The position numbers were made by a program, and so were the translations under genes. This document shows, one piece after another, positions 12,045-24,172 of a DNA stretch of 64,000 bases. The notes below the pieces were generated by a model that was not told the DNA's origin, did not search any database, and saw only the letters and a list, made by a program, of their open reading frames with translations. How positions within the stretch are numbered: the stretch's first letter is position 1; each line of letters opens with the position of its first letter. Source of the stretch: Hormoscilla sp. (GTDB lineage: Bacteria; Cyanobacteriota; Cyanobacteriia; Cyanobacteriales; Desertifilaceae); NCBI GenBank assembly GCA_051439505.1, contig JBFRWI010000132.1, positions 18,717 through 82,716 on the forward strand. The letters run 5' to 3'.

Positions 12045-12140
12045 TAAACAATTCAAAATTCAAAATTCAAAATTGGGAAAGCCCTTGAGGGCAAGGATCT
12101 CAGCTTTTTGGCCTATGCAATTTAAATGCGCGACAGCTTA
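12045..12140. mobile_element. MITE shell D (TAAGCAATTCAAAA...GCAATTTAAATGCGCGACAGCTTA; TA ends)
   Basis: Same element in reverse orientation at 15077-15179 and 62000-62363; partial ends at about 2439, 7566 and 17384. Confidence 0.7.
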
Positions 12141-12206
12141 TGACAGCAAATTTAGACTCCTTTATCTAATTCTCCAACAGCTACCCAACGGACTAAGTCT
12201 TTTTGG

Positions 12207-12449
12207 GTGGGCGAAAGCAAGCTTCTGCTACAAGATGCGATCGCAGTTGCCATAGAAGAAACTCGGCAGATGATGGCAGCAGGGATAGACATCAGGGATT
12301 CCTGTGTAGTTACACCGTTAGAATGGACTGCCAATAAATATCCAGAAATTGCCGAATATTGCAATCAATATTTAATGAAACTGGTGGAAGAACAAATCGA
12401 GCAAATAAATGATTCGACCTCAGATGAGCAAATAGTCGATATTTTTTGA
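12207..12449 (+). CDS. Hypothetical protein (start uncertain, possibly 5' frameshifted)
   Basis: Protein-like acidic helical ORF; frame open back to 12156 with no ATG; an out-of-frame ATG lies at 12140. Confidence 0.6.
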   Translation: MGESKLLLQDAIAVAIEETRQMMAAGIDIRDSCVVTPLEWTANKYPEIAEYCNQYLMKLVEEQIEQINDSTSDEQIVDIF

Positions 12450-12634
12450 TGACAAGCATTGTTAAGTAAATTATTTCAAGATAGATTAAATGATAATGGC
12501 ACACATCTTGGGCGAAACCCAACCTACATATAAGTATTAATTCGTAGGCTGGGTTTCCCAACGTTACCCAGCAGTTACCTGATGGTTGGGTTTCGCGCTT
12601 TGCGAAACCCAACCAGGAGATGATTATAAATAAT

Positions 12635-12788
12635 TATAGCAGTTCTCATCCTTTGTGTGATATGCGATTGGTGAGATTGCTTCGGGGGGGGGTTAACGCA
12701 TAAAGCATAAGTTGATCGCTACGTACCCCCCCCTCGCAATGACAAATAGACAATTTAGCTGTACCACATCTATTTGAGAAACGCTATA
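12635..12788. mobile_element. MITE shell C (TATAGCAGTTCTCA...TGAGAAACGCTATA) with GATTGCTTC...CTCGCAATGAC cargo
   Basis: Imperfect 14-bp terminal inverted repeats beginning and ending in TA; interior matches half of the shell B cargo. Confidence 0.65.
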
Positions 12789-12899
12789 TTTTGCGGAAGA
12801 TGTCGGGTTGAATCTGGAATATAAAATATAAGGATTAAATAGTCGATCCTGGGGTTGGGTGCATAAGCCAAGCAAATTAACTACAGGAGAAACCCTGAT

Positions 12900-14690
12900 A
12901 TGGCTCGAATTAACGGTACGCGGGGGGGCGATATTCTCTCGGGCACGTCGGAACAGGACGTGATTCGAGGTAGAGCCGGTAACGATCGGCTTTTGGGCGA
13001 TCGCGGAAATGACGTGCTCTATGGCAATGCAGGCCGGGATACCTTAACAGGAGGGGACGGCAGTGACATCTTCGTGCTTAGCGGCGGTCGCGATCTAATT
13101 ACCGACTTTACTGACGGTGAGGACTTGATGGGATTACCGGGTCGCGTCAGCTTCTCGCAGCTACAGATCTCTGCTGGCACCGGGGCTAATGCCGGAGACA
13201 CGATTATCTCTTTTGGACGCTTTCAGGTAGCAGTCTTGGAGGGGGTGAACAGCAGCCAGATCGACGCCGCTGATTTCACAAACGATCTGACACCCATATC
13301 GGAACCGACGCCGACAGATCCGCCATCAAATGGCAATTTTAACATTGAATTCGACTATCGCTTTGACAGCAGCGGATTTTTCAATGACCCGGCACGCCGG
13401 GCGGCATTAGAAGCTGCTGCTGATATCTGGGAGGGTTTTATTCAAGACGAGTTTCCCGATGTTCCAGCTGGGATTGAATTTACTGTAAATAATCCTTCTG
13501 TCTCAGGCCGGGAAGAACGGATCGTCTTGAATTCGGAAATTGACGATTTGCTGATTTTCGTGGGGGCGCGTCCATTGCCTGGCAGCACTCTGGGGGAAGC
13601 TGGACCTGATGGGGTGGATGCTGCTGGAACTGTTTTCTCCAACCGCCTCTTAGGCAGCAATTTTGAGCCTTGGGTGGGAGGGTTGACCTTCGATACTGAT
13701 GCGAATTGGTTTTTTGACTCCACGCCCAATACAGATGGGGACATTCCTTTCGGGCAAAGCGATTTTATCAGTACGGCTTTGCATGAAATCGGGCATGTTT
13801 TGGGCTTTGGTACTGCTGACATTTTCGAGCAAATCGGTGCCGGGGGGACTTTTGATGGTCCCAATGCTTTGAATGTAAATGGGGGCCGACCTATTCCTCT
13901 GGAAGGGAATTTGTCTCATGTTGAAGAGGGGTTTTTGAATGATACTGTCTTGCTGGACCCCACAAGCAGGAACGGCACCCGCACATTGCCTACTCAGGTT
14001 GATTTGGCTTTGTTGGCTGATATCGGCTATGAAATACCCGGCTTTATACCTCAAGGATCGACGCCCCCGATCGCTACTTCTGGGGATGACCTGATCTTCG
14101 GGACAATTTTGGCTGATGCGATCGACGGTTTAGGTGGTGACGACCAAATTCAAGGCGATCGGGGGAACGATCGGCTGAATGGAGGTTCTGGGAATGATAA
14201 CCTTTTTGGTCAAGCAGGTAACGATACCATGAATGGGGACGCTGGGGATGACCAACTTGTGGGAAATGAGGGTAATGACATTCTCAATGGTGGCTCTAAT
14301 AATGATACCCTCTTCGGTGGCACGGGTAACGATATCCTGAATGGCGATGGGGGGAATGACTTCCTGATTGGAGAAGCAGGGGATGATTTGCTCGATGGTG
14401 GTGCTGGCGATGATAACCTTTTTGGTGATGGGGGCCGGGATACGTTCTTCTTTGGTGCTAACAATGGTGAAGACACTATTACCGACTTTGACATTGCTAC
14501 TGAAAGGATCCAGATAGCATCTGGTCTGGGTTTTGCGACGGGTGCAGATGTGCTGGCTACTCTCTCTCGGACTTTCATTAATACTTCTGTCTTCACCCTG
14601 AGTCCGGGGAACTCGATCGAGGTCTTTCATGAGGATGTATCTAACATCAATAATACTCCTCTGACAGCAGCCAATTTCGTTATTGTCTGA
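12900..14690 (+). CDS. RTX/hemolysin-type Ca-binding repeat protein with central zinc metallopeptidase domain
   Basis: GGxGxDxLx nonapeptides at both ends; ALHEIGHVLGF zinc motif. Confidence 0.88.
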   Translation: MARINGTRGGDILSGTSEQDVIRGRAGNDRLLGDRGNDVLYGNAGRDTLTGGDGSDIFVLSGGRDLITDFTDGEDLMGLPGRVSFSQLQISAGTGANAGDTIISFGRFQVAVLEGVNSSQIDAADFTNDLTPISEPTPTDPPSNGNFNIEFDYRFDSSGFFNDPARRAALEAAADIWEGFIQDEFPDVPAGIEFTVNNPSVSGREERIVLNSEIDDLLIFVGARPLPGSTLGEAGPDGVDAAGTVFSNRLLGSNFEPWVGGLTFDTDANWFFDSTPNTDGDIPFGQSDFISTALHEIGHVLGFGTADIFEQIGAGGTFDGPNALNVNGGRPIPLEGNLSHVEEGFLNDTVLLDPTSRNGTRTLPTQVDLALLADIGYEIPGFIPQGSTPPIATSGDDLIFGTILADAIDGLGGDDQIQGDRGNDRLNGGSGNDNLFGQAGNDTMNGDAGDDQLVGNEGNDILNGGSNNDTLFGGTGNDILNGDGGNDFLIGEAGDDLLDGGAGDDNLFGDGGRDTFFFGANNGEDTITDFDIATERIQIASGLGFATGADVLATLSRTFINTSVFTLSPGNSIEVFHEDVSNINNTPLTAANFVIV

Positions 14691-14932
14691 TCTGTTTTAC
14701 CGACATAAAATTGCGATCGCATTATTTCTGGTCCGTAGATTACGGGGCGATCGCATGATGTCGGGGCGATCGCGGTTGTTACATTTTCCATGGGGCCGGG
14801 GCACGGCGATCGTTATTTGGTCATATTTACCGATAATTTGCGGATGCCGTGCCCCTACGTAACATTGGCGATCGCATTATGTGGGGGAGTCGGTAACAGG
14901 GCGATCGCATTATATCGGGCCACATAATCTGA

Positions 14933-15076
14933 TTAGCCTAATATTTCATTAACTGCGATCGCCACATCAGGAAAGCCCAGGATCGACAAACTTGCACCTC
15001 GCCCCAACTGGCGAACATTTTGATAGCCATCGGGAGTCGGTTCCCGATAAACTTCAATAGATTGCCCATTTATATC
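14933..15076 (-). pseudogene. 3' remnant of a Uma2-family endonuclease
   Basis: DINGQSIEVYREPTPDGYQNVRQLGRGASLSILGFPDVAIAVNEILG* resembles the C-terminus of the intact Uma2 at 18873-19436; 5' side abuts MITE shell D. Confidence 0.75.
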
Positions 15077-15179
15077 TAAGCTGTCGCCCATTTAAATTGC
15101 ATGGCTCCAAATGCTGAAACCCTTGCTGTCAAATATTTCCCAAATTTTTAATTTTGAATTTTAAATTTTGAATTGCTTA
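15077..15179. mobile_element. MITE shell D copy
   Basis: TAAGCTGTCGCCCATTTAAATTGCA...TTTTGAATTGCTTA. Confidence 0.7.
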
Positions 15180-15229
15180 TTGTCCCCCACCTTAAGTCGG
15201 GCTAAAGGATGGTGACAACGAACATGGGT

Positions 15230-15979
15230 TTACTTTTGCTTTGGCTTAACGGACTTTTGTAAGGCGAAAAACTCGTAACCATAGTAATCATGGTATTCCC
15301 GATACATTTCAACCTCGCGCTGCTCATTTTCCAAGACAGCTAACGCCTCTGAATCATTGCTGTACAACTCGCGCAGGCGATCGATTCTGGCTGCCAATGG
15401 CTGATAGTAGTTCCACCAAGCCTGTTCTGGAAGGGTAAAGTGTCCCACTATGTCGTATCCACAGTCGGGAATCAGGTTTAATAGCTGCTCTACGGTCCGC
15501 ATCCCAGGATAGTTTTCCTGCCAATAATCTTGAATTATTTTCGGGGGGTTATCCTGCAACCAAACCAGTTCTGAAACCACTAAATATCCTCCCGGTTTAA
15601 TCAAAGGACGCCACTGCTTTAATCCTTGTTCAAAGCCCATGATATAAATCGACCCTTCCGCCCATAGCAGGTCAAAGGTCTGGTCGGGAAAAGATAAGTC
15701 AAACATCGATCGGTTCAAACAGGTAATCCGATCGAGTAAACCGGAATCTGCTGCTGCTGCTTCCAGCCGATCTAAGAAGGGTTGATGGGTATCGATCGCG
15801 ACAATCTTCCCGTCAGTCAACCTGGCCAGTTCTAGGGTTTGTGCCCCGGGACCGCAACCAATATCGAGAATAGTCGGCTGGGATAATAAGGGAAGCATCC
15901 CATATGCTTGGCGAGTATACTCGTCGCCACCCGGACTTTCCTTGGGTAAGTTTGAGTGAATTTCAAAGAATATTTCCAT
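15230..15979 (-). CDS. Class I SAM-dependent methyltransferase
   Basis: ILDIGCGPG motif I; FDLLWAEGSIY; KPGGYLVVSE. Confidence 0.9.
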   Translation of the reverse strand: MEIFFEIHSNLPKESPGGDEYTRQAYGMLPLLSQPTILDIGCGPGAQTLELARLTDGKIVAIDTHQPFLDRLEAAAADSGLLDRITCLNRSMFDLSFPDQTFDLLWAEGSIYIMGFEQGLKQWRPLIKPGGYLVVSELVWLQDNPPKIIQDYWQENYPGMRTVEQLLNLIPDCGYDIVGHFTLPEQAWWNYYQPLAARIDRLRELYSNDSEALAVLENEQREVEMYREYHDYYGYEFFALQKSVKPKQK

Positions 15980-16005
15980 ACCGGTTTTGGTGGGCAGTGC
16001 CCACC

Positions 16006-16917
16006 CTACTGAATTACAACTTGAGGAATTAACAATATTTTATCCTCTTCATTGCCCAGCTTGCCAATTCCTAATAAACGTCCATCCTCATGCTTTACCC
16101 TCACTATTTTATCGCCATCTTCATCAGATATATTATAAATTTCTGCTGCATTTTTTACTGTTAAACGTTGACCATTACACCAGCGTCGCGCTTTGTCTGC
16201 CGGAAGTTCGATCGCCCCTAAATGTGCCAGGGCGACATCTGGGGATATGGGACTAAATCTTTGCTGTTGCAACTGAGATTCAAACTCATCAAAAGTTAAA
16301 CTATCTGCTAAACTGAAGCCACTACTATAAGTGCGATCGAGGGCGGCGAGGGTGCCACCAACCTGCAAAGCGGCCCCTAAGTCCCGGGCGATCGCGCGAA
16401 TATAGGTGCCCGGACCGCAGGCGATCGCCACATCAAGTTCTGCAAACTCTCCCGATCGCCAATCCAAAACATCTATACTATAAACTTCCACAGAACGGGC
16501 CTGAACCTGAATCTTTTCGCCACTCCGGGCCATATTATAGAGGCGTTTACCCTGCACTTGAATGGCGCTATAATTGGGAGGCACCTGCTGAATCTTACCC
16601 TCAAACTGCTTCAGGGCCGATCGCACGGTATCCAGGGTTAAATGACCCGCAATTTGAGTAGAGATAACCTCCCCTTGGGTATCATCAGTAGTAGTAGTAA
16701 CTCCCAGGCGAATAGTGCCATGATAAGCTTTATCTTGAGGGAGAAACTGTAATAGTCGCGTCGCCTTCGAGAGGGCGATCGGCAAAACCCCAGTCGCCGC
16801 CGGGTCTAAAGTACCTGCATGTCCCACCCGCTTCAGGCGCAGCAAGCGCCGCACCCGGGCGACACAGTCATGAGATGTTAAACCCGCTGGTTTATTTAAG
16901 TTAAGAAAACCTGTCAC
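16006..16917 (-). CDS. truB: tRNA pseudouridine(55) synthase TruB
   Basis: [45 protein letters not shown] at 16917 preferred over TTG at 16959. Confidence 0.95.
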   Translation of the reverse strand: MTGFLNLNKPAGLTSHDCVARVRRLLRLKRVGHAGTLDPAATGVLPIALSKATRLLQFLPQDKAYHGTIRLGVTTTTDDTQGEVISTQIAGHLTLDTVRSALKQFEGKIQQVPPNYSAIQVQGKRLYNMARSGEKIQVQARSVEVYSIDVLDWRSGEFAELDVAIACGPGTYIRAIARDLGAALQVGGTLAALDRTYSSGFSLADSLTFDEFESQLQQQRFSPISPDVALAHLGAIELPADKARRWCNGQRLTVKNAAEIYNISDEDGDKIVRVKHEDGRLLGIGKLGNEEDKILLIPQVVIQ

Positions 16918-17106
16918 AGTTAACCGTTTACAATCAATATTTTTGCTAGAGATAGGCAATTAAAACGAGTAAAGGATTAATTCCGATCGCGTTACCATTC
17001 GGTTGAAAACCGACTAAAAACATTATCATTTTAGCTCATATATTTTTTCTGTGTAAAGTTGCTCATCTTTTCTGATGGAGGATCTCAATGCCGCCGTGCC
17101 CCGGTT

Positions 17107-17142
17107 GTTTCATTCCCCGATCGGGGAAGCGTATTTGTAAAG
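17107..17142. repeat. Solitary CRISPR-repeat-like 36-mer
   Basis: GTTTCATTCCCCGATCGGGGAAGCGTATTTGTAAAG: GTTTC start, TTCCCC/GGGGAA hairpin, AAAG end; no second copy seen. Confidence 0.4.
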
Positions 17143-17743
17143 AAAGGGGAAACCATAGCGCAATAGTAACTGAGCTGCGGCAAAGATGGCTGTCTGGAGC
17201 TATAAATTATAATATCAATTGACATATAGCGCCCTGCACCCCCCTTCCGATCTGAAAAAGAGAGAACAAAAAAGGCCCTTTTGGGAAACCACCCATTTTT
17301 ACGGTCTAATATACCCCCCCCCTGTGGAGTTGTACAAAAATGGCCTTTTTTGAAAATGGCTTTTGTTACTCCCCCAATTTCGGTAGCAATTCAAAATTCA
17401 AAATTTAAACTTTCCACTTTGGGAAGTCTTTGGCATCCAGTATCTGTCTTACTTTCATCTCCAGATCGGTTGCGAATATTGGTAAATTACGATGACTGCG
17501 CTACATATAGTTGCGCTTTACCTTGAGGTATTGGGGTCGCCCTTCCGATATTGAGAGAGAACAAAATAGGCCATTTTTGGGAAAACAGCCTATTTTTACG
17601 ATCCATAACCTCTCCCTCACAGGGGTAGGTTTTTGACATTTTGGTTTGTTTGAGGGGGTGAAGGAGTGAGGGGGTGAGGGGGGATAAAAGTCAATAAACA
17701 TGGCTCGCTAATAGACAATTATGACAAAATGCCGCTCCCTCAA

Positions 17744-17893
17744 GGGTGTGGTCAAAACCCGTTGATCGTTCGGGCGGCCCTCTCAGTCGCCGGATCCCCC
17801 CAAACCCCCCTTAGAAAGGGGGGCTTCCGGAGCCCCCCCTTTTGGAAGGGGGGGTTTGGGGGGGATCCTCTGCAACTACTTTTGACCACACCC
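17744..17893. mobile_element. MITE shell A (150 bp) with CCCCCTT/AAGGGGG palindromic cargo
   Basis: Perfect 14-bp TIR GGGTGTGGTCAAAA/TTTTGACCACACCC; 9-bp TSD CTCCCTCAA. Confidence 0.92.
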
Positions 17894-17904
17894 CTCCCTC
17901 AAGG

Positions 17905-18124
17905 GAAAAGGTTCTTCTCTCGGCGAGGAAAGGATCTTTTCTCACCGAGAAAAGGATCTTTTCTCACCGAGAAAAGGTTCTTCTCTCACCGAGGAAAGGA
18001 TCTTTTCTCACCGAGGAAAGGATCTTTTCTCACCGAGAAAAGGTTCTTCTCTCACCGAGAAAAGGTTCTTCTCTCACCGAGAAAAATTTCTTTTCCCATA
18101 GCGGAAAAATTTCTTTTCCCATAG
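17905..18124. repeat. Tandem array of about ten 22-bp quasi-palindromic units
   Basis: Eight units of G(A/G)AAAGG(A/T)TCTT(T/C)TCTCACCGA (first unit slightly variant) plus two degenerate units; no spacers. Confidence 0.9.
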
Positions 18125-18142
18125 GAGAACCTTCGCCGGGTA

Positions 18143-18274
18143 TGGAATTGTAAGCATATGGCTAACGCTCAACTGCAGATTAAGTTATCACAAATTAGCT
18201 CTGAATTTGGATACAATCTACCAACTATCTGCACTCCATATCAGTTGATGGCATATGAAGTTATGGGAGAATAA
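18143..18274 (+). pseudogene. 3' remnant of a PIN-domain (VapC-like) toxin gene
   Basis: WNCKHMANAQLQIKLSQISSEFGYNLPTICTPYQL...* matches the WNCKHxAN...PxICTP C-terminus of a cyanobacterial PIN family; no 5' half. Confidence 0.7.
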
Positions 18275-18277
18275 ACC

Positions 18278-18457
18278 ATGTGGAAAGATGAAATACTCGA
18301 AGAAATTCACAAATACCGAGAAGAATATGCCCGATCTTTTAACTACGACCTGAAGGCAATCTTTGAAGATTTGCGTAAAAAAGAAAACGCTCATCCGGAA
18401 AAACTTGTGGAACTTCCCATCAAGCGGAGACCTAACAATGGGTGTGGTCAAAAGTAG
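18278..18457 (+). CDS. Small putative antitoxin partner of the PIN gene; C-terminus replaced by MITE sequence
   Basis: MWKDEILEEIHKYREEYARSFNYDLKAIFEDLRKKE...RRPNN then GCGQK* from the MITE; original tail QSGEQTGPQ* follows the second TSD. Confidence 0.7.
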   Translation: MWKDEILEEIHKYREEYARSFNYDLKAIFEDLRKKENAHPEKLVELPIKRRPNNGCGQK

Positions 18458-18588
18458 TTGGAAAGGATCCCCCCCAAACCCCCCCTTCCAAAGGGGGGGG
18501 TTCCGGAAGCCCCCCTTTTTAAGGGGGGGTTGGGGGGATCCGGCGACTGGGAGGGCCAATGAATGATCAACGGGTTTTGACCACACCC
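18440..18588. mobile_element. MITE shell A (149 bp), opposite orientation to the 17744 copy
   Basis: Same TIRs; 9-bp TSD CCTAACAAT. Confidence 0.92.
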
Positions 18589-18872
18589 CCTAACAATCAG
18601 TCTGGGGAACAAACCGGTCCGCAATAGTCAAATTCCTCTCTAGTCTCCTGGCCCGCCGGGGGTTCAAACCCCCGCGTTACCAGGCGGAGCCAGGTAACGA
18701 GGCTAAAGTGGGTTGAAAACCGACTGAAAATCTTATGGAAAAAATATTTTACCTCTCTGTGCCCATCGTTAAGATGCTCCGCCTCTTAACGATGGTAATA
18801 CACTTTCTCGACAATGCTTTTAGCGGGCCAGGAGGCCGATCGAGGGGCTGGGGGGGCTGGGGGACTTCATAT

Positions 18873-19436
18873 TTACATCCCCAACAATCGTCTAATTTCC
18901 ACTTGCAGATACCGAAAGGCCAAGGGATTAACATAACCTTGAGAGAAAGTTTCTCTGGACTGATAGCCCTGCTGAGTAGGTTGTCGAAATACAATCAATT
19001 GATTAGCACGCAAATTAATCAGCCAATATTCTCTAATCCCTGCTAATGCGTAAACCTGGCTTTTCACCTCCCGATCCTTACTCAGACTAGAATCAGAGTA
19101 TTCTATTACCCAGAAAATATTTTCTGGGTAGGGATGATGTTCTCGATATTCTCGTCCCAGACGCTGCACCACCGCAATATCTGGTTCCGGTTCCGAGTTA
19201 CTATTCAGTAGTGTAACGGGCTTTGCTTGCCGGACTTTCGCCCGATCGCCTAATAAATATATCAGATACTCTGCCGCCTCATCGCTAGCATAAGCATGGG
19301 GTTGTCCTTCTGGGGGCATTTCTACAATGTCTCCATTCAGCAACTCTACCTGCCGCCCTGCTAAAATACCCGCTGCCACCATGCTATGGTAATCAGCAAT
19401 TGTCCATTTTGCGGTTGCGATCGTCACCGGCGTCAT
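18873..19436 (-). CDS. Uma2-family (PD-(D/E)XK) endonuclease
   Basis: VELLNGDIVEMPP, SEPEPDIAVV, VIEYSDSS, YALAGIREYWLINL. Confidence 0.92.
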   Translation of the reverse strand: MTPVTIATAKWTIADYHSMVAAGILAGRQVELLNGDIVEMPPEGQPHAYASDEAAEYLIYLLGDRAKVRQAKPVTLLNSNSEPEPDIAVVQRLGREYREHHPYPENIFWVIEYSDSSLSKDREVKSQVYALAGIREYWLINLRANQLIVFRQPTQQGYQSRETFSQGYVNPLAFRYLQVEIRRLLGM

Positions 19437-19583
19437 ATCCTCTAATCCTATCTTTTATCATAACTAATAGCAAGCACCATTGTCAAGGGAATTAACCAAA
19501 AAATATGCTGATTATAGAGGCGATCGATCTGATCGCGCAATTGTATTATACCAATACCAAATAATTTTAGTCGGTTTTAACCG

Positions 19584-19667
19584 ACTTTAGCTATTAGCCG
19601 GGGGTGGGATACCCCCGGCGGGCTAACTTTAGCTATTAGCCGGGGGTGGGATACCCCCGGCGGGCTA
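19584..19667. repeat. Perfect 42-bp tandem duplication of a hairpin repeat
   Basis: ACTTTAGCTATTAGCCGGGGGTGGGATACCCCCGGCGGGCTA x2, immediately after the ndhD1 stop. Confidence 0.85.
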
Positions 19668-19677
19668 ACGGGAAAGA

Positions 19678-21264
19678 CTAATCACCGATCGCAGGCGATC
19701 GGGCGAACAAAGTGGAGGTATCCTGTAAAGCCACAGAAGTATTTGGCATCAGAGTCGGGACCGAGTCTCGCAACCGGGCAGTCAACTGCACCGTTGTCGC
19801 ATCGTACATCTGGGTAACCATTTTCGGATACAAACCAATGCCAATAATAGGTACCAACAAACAAGCAATAATGAACACTTCGCGCGGTTCGGCATCGACC
19901 AGCACTTCATGTTCCACTAACTCCTTGTTTTCCGGTCCGTAGCAGATCTCCCGCAGCATAGACAGCAAATAAATCGGAGTCACTATTACCCCCACAGCGG
20001 CCAGGAAGACCACCACCACCTTAAAGGTTGAACTGTAGGCATCGCTAGTAGAAAACCCGACAAACACCATCACCTCGGCCACAAATCCACTCATTCCCGG
20101 CAATGCCAAGGATGCCATAGAACAAGCAGTCCACATAGCGAAAACCTTGCGCATCTTCTGGCCCACGCCGCCCATTTCATCTAGCATCAGGGTGTGCGTG
20201 CGATCGTAAGTAGCACCCACCAGGAAGAACAAACTCGCCCCAATCAAACCGTGGGAAATCATTTGCATCACCGCACCGCTTAATCCCAGGTCCGTAAAAG
20301 AGGCAATGCCGATCAACACGAAACCCATGTGGGAAATCGAAGAATAGGCAATTTTCCGCTTCAGGTTGCGCTGGGCAAAGGAAGTCAACCCCGCATAAAC
20401 GATATTCACGACCCCCAGAATTACCAAGGCCGGGGCAAAGAAAGCATGGGCATCGGGCAGCATTTGAGCGTTCATTCTAATGAGGGCATATCCCCCCATT
20501 TTCAGCAGAATGCCAGCTAGTAACATATGCACCGGGGCAGTAGCTTCCCCGTGGGCATCGGGAAGCCAAGTATGGAAGGGAATAATTGGCAGCTTCACCG
20601 CGTAGGCAATGAAGAAAGCAGCATATAGCAACAACTGTAAATTGAGCGCGTATTCCTTAGCCGCGATCGCCCTCATATCGAAGGTAACAGTATCGCCATA
20701 GAAAGCCATGGCCAAAGCCGCGAGCAAAATAAACAGAGAGGCCCCAGCAGTGTAGAGGATAAACTTAGTAGCCGCATACAGACGCTTTTTGCCTCCCCAA
20801 ATAGCCAGCAGCATATAAACAGGAAGCAACTCCAGTTCCCAGGCCAGGAAGAACAACAGCAGATCCTGGACCGCAAAAACAGCGATTTGACCGCCGTACA
20901 TAGCCAGCATCAAAAAGTAAAACAGCTTGGGCTTCATGCTCACTGGCCAGGATGCCAACATTGCCAGAGTAGTAATAAAGCCAGTCAGGAGCACCAGCGG
21001 CATAGATAAGCCATCCACCCCCACAGACCAATTCAAATCTATCTGAGGCACCCAAGCATATTGTTCCACCAACTGCAACTCGGGATTATTCATGTCGTAC
21101 TCAGTGCAGAAGGCGTAAATAATGAAAGCAAAATCAATTAGCCCCACCGTTAGACCGTACCAGCGCACAGTCTTCCCGTCCCCCTTGTCTGGGATCAAAG
21201 GTATCAGTAGCGAAGCGACAATAGGAAACAGAATTATTGTTGTTAGCCAGGGAAAATTTGCCAT
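19678..21264 (-). CDS. ndhD1: NAD(P)H-quinone oxidoreductase subunit 4 (NdhD1)
   Basis: [30 protein letters not shown]; directly downstream of ndhF1. Confidence 0.93.
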   Translation of the reverse strand: MANFPWLTTIILFPIVASLLIPLIPDKGDGKTVRWYGLTVGLIDFAFIIYAFCTEYDMNNPELQLVEQYAWVPQIDLNWSVGVDGLSMPLVLLTGFITTLAMLASWPVSMKPKLFYFLMLAMYGGQIAVFAVQDLLLFFLAWELELLPVYMLLAIWGGKKRLYAATKFILYTAGASLFILLAALAMAFYGDTVTFDMRAIAAKEYALNLQLLLYAAFFIAYAVKLPIIPFHTWLPDAHGEATAPVHMLLAGILLKMGGYALIRMNAQMLPDAHAFFAPALVILGVVNIVYAGLTSFAQRNLKRKIAYSSISHMGFVLIGIASFTDLGLSGAVMQMISHGLIGASLFFLVGATYDRTHTLMLDEMGGVGQKMRKVFAMWTACSMASLALPGMSGFVAEVMVFVGFSTSDAYSSTFKVVVVFLAAVGVIVTPIYLLSMLREICYGPENKELVEHEVLVDAEPREVFIIACLLVPIIGIGLYPKMVTQMYDATTVQLTARLRDSVPTLMPNTSVALQDTSTLFARSPAIGD

Positions 21265-21288
21265 TTTTAATTTTTAATTGCTGATTCA

Positions 21289-21422
21289 GTAGGGTGGGCA
21301 CTGCCCACCTTACCGCTACTAACTCGATGTCGGGTCTGTACCGCCCACCTTATTACTGGTGGGCGATGCCCACCCTACCCCATTGGTGGTGGGCGATGCC
21401 TGGTGGGCGATGCCCACCCTAC
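21289..21422. repeat. Cluster of GTAGGGTGGGCA.TGCCCACC REP-like palindromes
   Basis: About five full or partial units between ndhF1 and ndhD1; same family at about 806, 1385, 15988, 38207, 41813 and 60550. Confidence 0.8.
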
Positions 21423-21428
21423 GTTCAA

Positions 21429-23513
<2,085 letters not shown>

Positions 23514-23604
23514 CGCTAACGCCTACTTTATATTTCTTCACTATTTTTACCAAACCGTTAACAATTGTGACACATGGAGCCAGGTGTAAGTCAAGCTCAA
23601 GTTA

Positions 23605-23640
23605 AAATCCGCCATCTGCATCCAGTCAGATGGCGGATTT
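23605..23640. terminator. 14-bp stem-loop between trxC and ndhF1
   Basis: AAATCCGCCATCTG-N8-CAGATGGCGGATTT; followed by a short T-run on the minus strand. Confidence 0.6.
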
Positions 23641-23665
23641 GATAACCGGCGGTTAGGGAGCGGGC

Positions 23666-24055
23666 TTAAATCATGGCCGCCGGTTCTGAGCTTTCTGCGG
23701 CTGTCACCAGCGAGATGGATGTCGAAGCTGTCTGGCCTATAACTAGAGCCTCCAGTTGTCGGCGCAGATCTTCAGCACTGTGAAATCCTTCGATCCGATG
23801 TCGGACTTGGCCACCTTCAAATAGGAGCAATGTTGGTAATGTCCTGAGTCGATAGGCGTTGGCGAGTTTCAAAGAGCGATCGGCATTGATCCCAACCATC
23901 TTCATACCTGTACCCCATTGAGCCTGAAACTTATTCAGGGCTGGGGGGATCAGCCGACAAATACCACACCAAGGGGCCCAAAAATACACTAAAACCGGGG
24001 TGGAAGCTTCCTCTACTTCTGAAGAAAAAGTCCCTTCACTGACCGACAAGATCAT
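23666..24055 (-). CDS. trxC: Atypical thioredoxin, TrxC-type
   Basis: FWAPWCGICR active site; position between nnrU and ndhF1. Confidence 0.75.
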   Translation of the reverse strand: MILSVSEGTFSSEVEEASTPVLVYFWAPWCGICRLIPPALNKFQAQWGTGMKMVGINADRSLKLANAYRLRTLPTLLLFEGGQVRHRIEGFHSAEDLRRQLEALVIGQTASTSISLVTAAESSEPAAMI

Positions 24056-24172
24056 GATCTTACAGATTTATTATCTTTTTTCGTATCCGATTGGGATCAT
24101 GCTACATCGATTTTGGATCCTTTGACTCACTGAATTGAAAAATTGGCGTTGCACATTTTTACCGATGATAGC

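Noticed and set aside
14700..14930. Dense GGGCGATCGC cluster as a novel array
   Set aside because: Explained by HIP1 octamers plus a GCCCCTAC-type repeat; spacing is irregular
17905..18124. CRISPR array
   Set aside because: Units are directly adjacent with no unique spacers, and there are no cas genes in the window
17729..18586. ORFs 17729-18124, 17842-18153, 18218-18586 and 18363-18566 as genes
   Set aside because: They are translations of MITE shell A and the 22-bp array
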